Virus record (IMG/VR): IMGVR_UViG_3300024513_000076
Coordinates: 1-26,597 of that record
Length of the DNA: 26,597 nt
Source: a virus
Taxonomy: Duplodnaviria; Caudoviricetes
Strand: one strand, 5' to 3'
Positions 23,146 to 26,597 of the stretch are shown piece after piece (positions within the stretch are counted from its first letter, which is position 1; the number at the start of each line of letters is the position of its first letter). The translations under genes were made by a program, and so were the position numbers. The notes under the pieces were generated by a model. That model saw only the letters and a program-made list of their open reading frames with translations. It was not told where the DNA came from and ran no database searches.

Positions 23146-24093
23146 ATGCCTCAGTTTCGTACCTATGCCGCAGTTGGTATGCGGGAAGACCTGTCGGATG
23201 TGATCTATAACATCTCTCCGACTGACACGCCTTTTATGTCCTCGATTGGAAAGACCAAAGCTACGGCGGTCTACCATGAGTGGCAAACCGATTCGTTGGC
23301 TGCTGCTGCCGCTAACGCTGCTGTTGAAGGCGCTGATGCTACGGAAGCAACGCTGACCGCAACGACCCGTGTTGGCAACCGCACCCAGATCAGCCAGAAG
23401 ACCGTTGGTATTACTGGCACCCTGGAAGCTGTTGACAAAGCAGGCCGTAAGTCTGAAAAGGCTTATCAGTTGGCTAAAGCCTCCAGCGAAATCAAGCGCG
23501 ATATGGAGTTCACGTTGCTGAACAATACCGTTCAGTCAAACGGTACTGCTGGCTCTACGGCTCGCGTTTTGGGTGGTTTGCAAACTTGGTTGGCAAGCAA
23601 CACCAGCAACGGCACTGGTGGCTCTGCTGGTGCAAGTGGCACGACTGCTCGCACTAACGGCACTGACCGTACTTTCACCGAAGCTCTGTTGCAGAGCGTT
23701 GTGAAGTCTGTCTTTACCTCTGGTGGCTCTCCCAAGGTGCTGATGGTCACTCCGTCCCACAAGCAAACCGTGTCGGCTTTTGCTGGCATCGCTGCACAGC
23801 GTTACATGGCTCCTGCTGATGCTCCTACGACCATCATTGGTGCTGCTGACGTTTATCTCAGCGATTTCGGTTCGATGAGCGTTGTTCCTAACCGCTTTAT
23901 GCTGTCGGGCAATACTGCATCTGATGTGGCCTTTGTGCTTGATCCTGAGTACGCTGCTGTTGCTTACCTGCGTCCGTTCTTCACGAACGACCTGGCTGTT
24001 ACCGGTGACTCTGCCAAGACTCAACTTCTGGTTGAGTACACCTTGGAAGTCAAGACCGAAGCCGCTCATGGGATCGTGGCAGACCTTTCGTAA
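23146..24093 (+). CDS. Major capsid protein (DUF5309/SU10-like)
   Basis: REDLSDVIYNISPTDTPF, HEWQTDSL, NRTQI, EIKRDME and YLSDFG motifs. Strong codon bias. Terminator follows. Confidence 0.93.
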   Translation: MPQFRTYAAVGMREDLSDVIYNISPTDTPFMSSIGKTKATAVYHEWQTDSLAAAAANAAVEGADATEATLTATTRVGNRTQISQKTVGITGTLEAVDKAGRKSEKAYQLAKASSEIKRDMEFTLLNNTVQSNGTAGSTARVLGGLQTWLASNTSNGTGGSAGASGTTARTNGTDRTFTEALLQSVVKSVFTSGGSPKVLMVTPSHKQTVSAFAGIAAQRYMAPADAPTTIIGAADVYLSDFGSMSVVPNRFMLSGNTASDVAFVLDPEYAAVAYLRPFFTNDLAVTGDSAKTQLLVEYTLEVKTEAAHGIVADLS

Positions 24094-24112
24094 TCTGTCT
24101 TAACAACAGTAC

Positions 24113-24143
24113 AAGGGATCAGGGGAAACTCTGGTCCCTTTTT
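24113..24143 (+). terminator. Rho-independent terminator after the major capsid gene
   Basis: AAGGGATCAGGG-GAAA-CTCTGGTCCCTT followed by TTT. Confidence 0.85.
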
Positions 24144-24146
24144 CAC

Positions 24147-24476
24147 ATGAACATCAACGAAATAGCAAAGCAAAACAATTTCCGTTCACGTAAAGCTCAT
24201 GCTACGGATAACGGTGAAGTTGTCATCGAGACTGTCCAAGATGTCTCTGGAATCGTTGAAAGCAATAAACGAGAGTTCAACTCGTATGATGAAAGAACTA
24301 GGTGGTCAAATCATCTGTTTGGGAATAAAATCGCAAGTATTCCGCTAACGGTGATCGACCAGTTGAACAAGGATGGAATCATGCGCGGATTCCACATCCT
24401 TGACCAAAAACGTTTCAAGGCGTGGTTGAACGAACGAGACAATCAAGCCTTTAGAACCCGTCCTGGGAGGATTTAA
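24147..24476 (+). CDS. Conserved post-capsid hypothetical protein
   Basis: QDVSGIVE.NK...IASIP...FKAWLN..DN.AFRT pattern. Confidence 0.8.
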   Translation: MNINEIAKQNNFRSRKAHATDNGEVVIETVQDVSGIVESNKREFNSYDERTRWSNHLFGNKIASIPLTVIDQLNKDGIMRGFHILDQKRFKAWLNERDNQAFRTRPGRI

Positions 24477-25096
24477 TGCCTTTCACCAGTTTCAGCGATC
24501 TCAAGACATCCGTTGCCAACTACCTGGCTCGGACTGACTTGACGGATCAAATTCCAGACTTTATTACGCTTGCAGAGAACCGTCTTCGCAGGGAACTTCG
24601 CATCCGTCAGATGCTGAAGATTGCCACTGCATCGACCACTGCAAACGACTCAACTGTTTCTTTGCCAAGCGACTTTCTTGAGTTAAGAGACATCCATCTC
24701 AACACGACTCCGATTGAGGCGCTTACTTATTACGCACCAAGCATATTTTTCAGGAATGCAAGGGCAACTGACACTGGAAGACCGAAGGCTTACACAATCA
24801 CAGCTTCCGAGATTCAGTTCGCCCCGATTCCTGACTCTGTAATGACGGTTCAGTTGCTTTACTACGCAGCACCAACCTATCTGTCATCGACTAATGCATC
24901 CAATGTGTTCTTGGCGAACTGCCCAGATGCCTTGTTGTATGCATCTCTTGGAGAGGCAGAGCCTTATTTGATGAACGATGAGAGGCTGTCTACTTGGGCA
25001 GCACTGTATCAACGTGCAATTGATACTTTGACGGTTTCTGATGACCGTGGCGAGTATTCTGCACAACCATTAGCAATGACGCTGGCAAAGAGGTAA
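24476..25096 (+). CDS. Head-tail adaptor protein
   Basis: LARTDLT..IPDFI.LAE...LPSDFLE...GRP..Y...PIPD...PDALLY pattern. Position after the capsid. Confidence 0.8.
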   Translation: MPFTSFSDLKTSVANYLARTDLTDQIPDFITLAENRLRRELRIRQMLKIATASTTANDSTVSLPSDFLELRDIHLNTTPIEALTYYAPSIFFRNARATDTGRPKAYTITASEIQFAPIPDSVMTVQLLYYAAPTYLSSTNASNVFLANCPDALLYASLGEAEPYLMNDERLSTWAALYQRAIDTLTVSDDRGEYSAQPLAMTLAKR

Positions 25097-25099
25097 ATC

Positions 25100-25486
25100 A
25101 TGGCTGAAATGAGCAACTATCTGGAGAATGCGCTTATCAACGCAACTCTGCGGAACACTTCCTACACTTCCCCAACCACTGTCTATCTGGCTCTGTATAC
25201 GACAGATCCAACTGATGCGGACACGGGAACTGAAGTTTCTGGGAATGCCTATGCTCGGCAATCCATCACGTTTGGAGCGCCAAGCAATGGGGTTTCTACT
25301 AATTCAGCAGCAATCGAGTTTCCACAGGCCACTGGCTCATGGGGAACGGTTGCCTACGTTGGCATTAGAGACGCCTCTAGTGCTGGAAATCTTTTGTATC
25401 ACACACCTTTGGACGCATCGAAGACGATTGCAACGGGTGATGTGTTCCGAGTTGCAATTGGTTCCCTGAGCGTGACGCTGGCCTAA
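25100..25486 (+). CDS. Virion structural protein (tail/fibre-associated)
   Basis: MSNYLEN...YLALYT.DP...EVSG..YARQ...FPQAT.SWGT...DA...GNLL pattern. GAGG RBS. Confidence 0.8.
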   Translation: MAEMSNYLENALINATLRNTSYTSPTTVYLALYTTDPTDADTGTEVSGNAYARQSITFGAPSNGVSTNSAAIEFPQATGSWGTVAYVGIRDASSAGNLLYHTPLDASKTIATGDVFRVAIGSLSVTLA

Positions 25487-26373
25487 TGGCTGATTTGCTC
25501 CCACCGTGGACGATAGACTCACTTGACAATCTCAAGGCGAGTCTAGACGATCTCACGCTAACGCTTGATTCTCCGTTATACGACACAAGCGTTACAAGGT
25601 GGGATGCTTACGCATCTGTAAGTGTTACCGCAACTGCGACGGCAGATGGAATCAGGGTTCAATTTGGATCAGGATCGGTGGACGCGAATGCTAGCGTTTC
25701 TGCTCAAGCCATTAGAGTCCAATTTGGTGCTGGAGACATCCAAGCAGCAGCAACCGTTGTTGCAGAAGCAATCAGAGTCCAATTCGGTACAGGCGTCATC
25801 GAGGCCGTTGCCACGTTTGTTGCAGACGCAATACGAGTCCAATACGGACAAGCCGATGTCTCAGGACAAGCAACAGTAACTGCTGACGGAACAAGGGTTC
25901 AATTTGGTGCTGGATCAATCACCGCAGATGCCACTGTTTCATGTTTTGGTGGAATCGTTGCAGGTGGTGTTGCATCAATCACGGCTGAAGCAACTGTCAC
26001 AGCAGATGGAATTCGCGTAAGGCTTGCAGATGCCTCAATAACGGCTGATGCGACGGTTTCTTGCCTTGGTGGGTTGGTAGCGGGTGGAGACGCTCAAATA
26101 ACGGCTCTGGCGCTTGTTTCTTGCCTAGCAAATGCCACATTTTCAGCATACGCCTCGATAGCAGCAAACGCAGATGTAAGTTGCATCGGATTCAAGCAAG
26201 GTCAGGAATGGAGTCCTGTAACACCTGGAACTAACACTTGGACAGACTCAAGTGCTGGATCAACGTCTTGGACTGATGTTCCTGAAGACGAAACGACATG
26301 GACAGACATTACTCCGGGATCTAATTCCTGGACAACTCAAAGTGCAGGATCGACAACATGGAGCAACGTATAA
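25486..26373 (+). CDS. Repeat-containing beta-rich structural protein (fibre-like)
   Basis: 19-aa repeats (AxVxAdaIRVQFGxGxI) and six C-terminal 10-aa Trp repeats. Confidence 0.8.
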   Translation: MADLLPPWTIDSLDNLKASLDDLTLTLDSPLYDTSVTRWDAYASVSVTATATADGIRVQFGSGSVDANASVSAQAIRVQFGAGDIQAAATVVAEAIRVQFGTGVIEAVATFVADAIRVQYGQADVSGQATVTADGTRVQFGAGSITADATVSCFGGIVAGGVASITAEATVTADGIRVRLADASITADATVSCLGGLVAGGDAQITALALVSCLANATFSAYASIAANADVSCIGFKQGQEWSPVTPGTNTWTDSSAGSTSWTDVPEDETTWTDITPGSNSWTTQSAGSTTWSNV

Positions 26374-26597
26374 CTTTTGGTGAGTGGTTGCCAGATCAGC
26401 CTGGAATTGCTGGGGCCTTGCAAGCTGCTTACAACGTCTATCCGCAACAGGTTGGATATGGTCCAATTCCGTCTTTAAGTGATTACTCTAATGCGGCATC
26501 AGAAAACCTTATCTCAATCACATCAGGAAAGTTCTCTGGAAGTTCTTATCTTTTCGCTGGTGGTGCTACTAAGCTCTTTAAGTATGACTCTGCAACC
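26358..26597 (+). CDS. Tail nozzle/DNA-stabilisation protein (P22 gp10-like), 3'-truncated (not in ORF track)
   Basis: Open to the window end: MEQRITFGEWLPDQPG...NVYP...GYGP...FAGGATKLFKYD. Confidence 0.7.
   Translation, partial: MEQRITFGEWLPDQPGIAGALQAAYNVYPQQVGYGPIPSLSDYSNAASENLISITSGKFSGSSYLFAGGATKLFKYDSAT

Noticed and set aside
23536-24069. 177-aa antisense ORF opposite the capsid gene
   Set aside because: Ser-rich mirror of GCT-rich sense codons; a shadow ORF.

Overview
This window is most of the genome of a tailed dsDNA phage with P22/SU10-like (podovirus-type) morphogenesis genes. The Rz/Rz1 spanins show the host is Gram-negative; a freshwater Betaproteobacterium is an inference only. 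Both ends fall inside tail genes. Order: (1) tail fibre with S74 chaperone domain, an inserted HNH-AP2 nuclease, several small membrane/lipoprotein genes, Rz with embedded Rz1, and a GH19 endolysin (1-4625, +). (2) A leftward early operon of small coupled ORFs, a PolB-type 3'-5' exonuclease and an SSB-like protein (4615-9432, -). (3) A divergent promoter/operator region with a Cro-like gene but no CI, then about 330 nt of structured non-coding sequence including a c4-like RNA (9433-10102). (4) A replication initiator with internal iterons, a NUMOD3/PD-(D/E)xK nuclease, a DpdA/TGT-like gene plus a YhhQ-like transporter, an HNH-like protein and a Q-like antiterminator (10103-14402). (5) A late promoter/terminator, small basic proteins, an ART-like protein, terminase, portal, a 19-aa-repeat coiled-coil protein, scaffold, major capsid and tail proteins (14374-26597). 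No integrase, CRISPR array, reverse transcriptase or canonical tRNA was seen. Strongest candidates for novelty: the two-gene 7-deazaguanine salvage/DNA-modification module, the RNA cluster upstream of the replication gene, the ART-like late protein and the repeat protein after the portal. All family calls come from motif recognition by eye; no searches were run.
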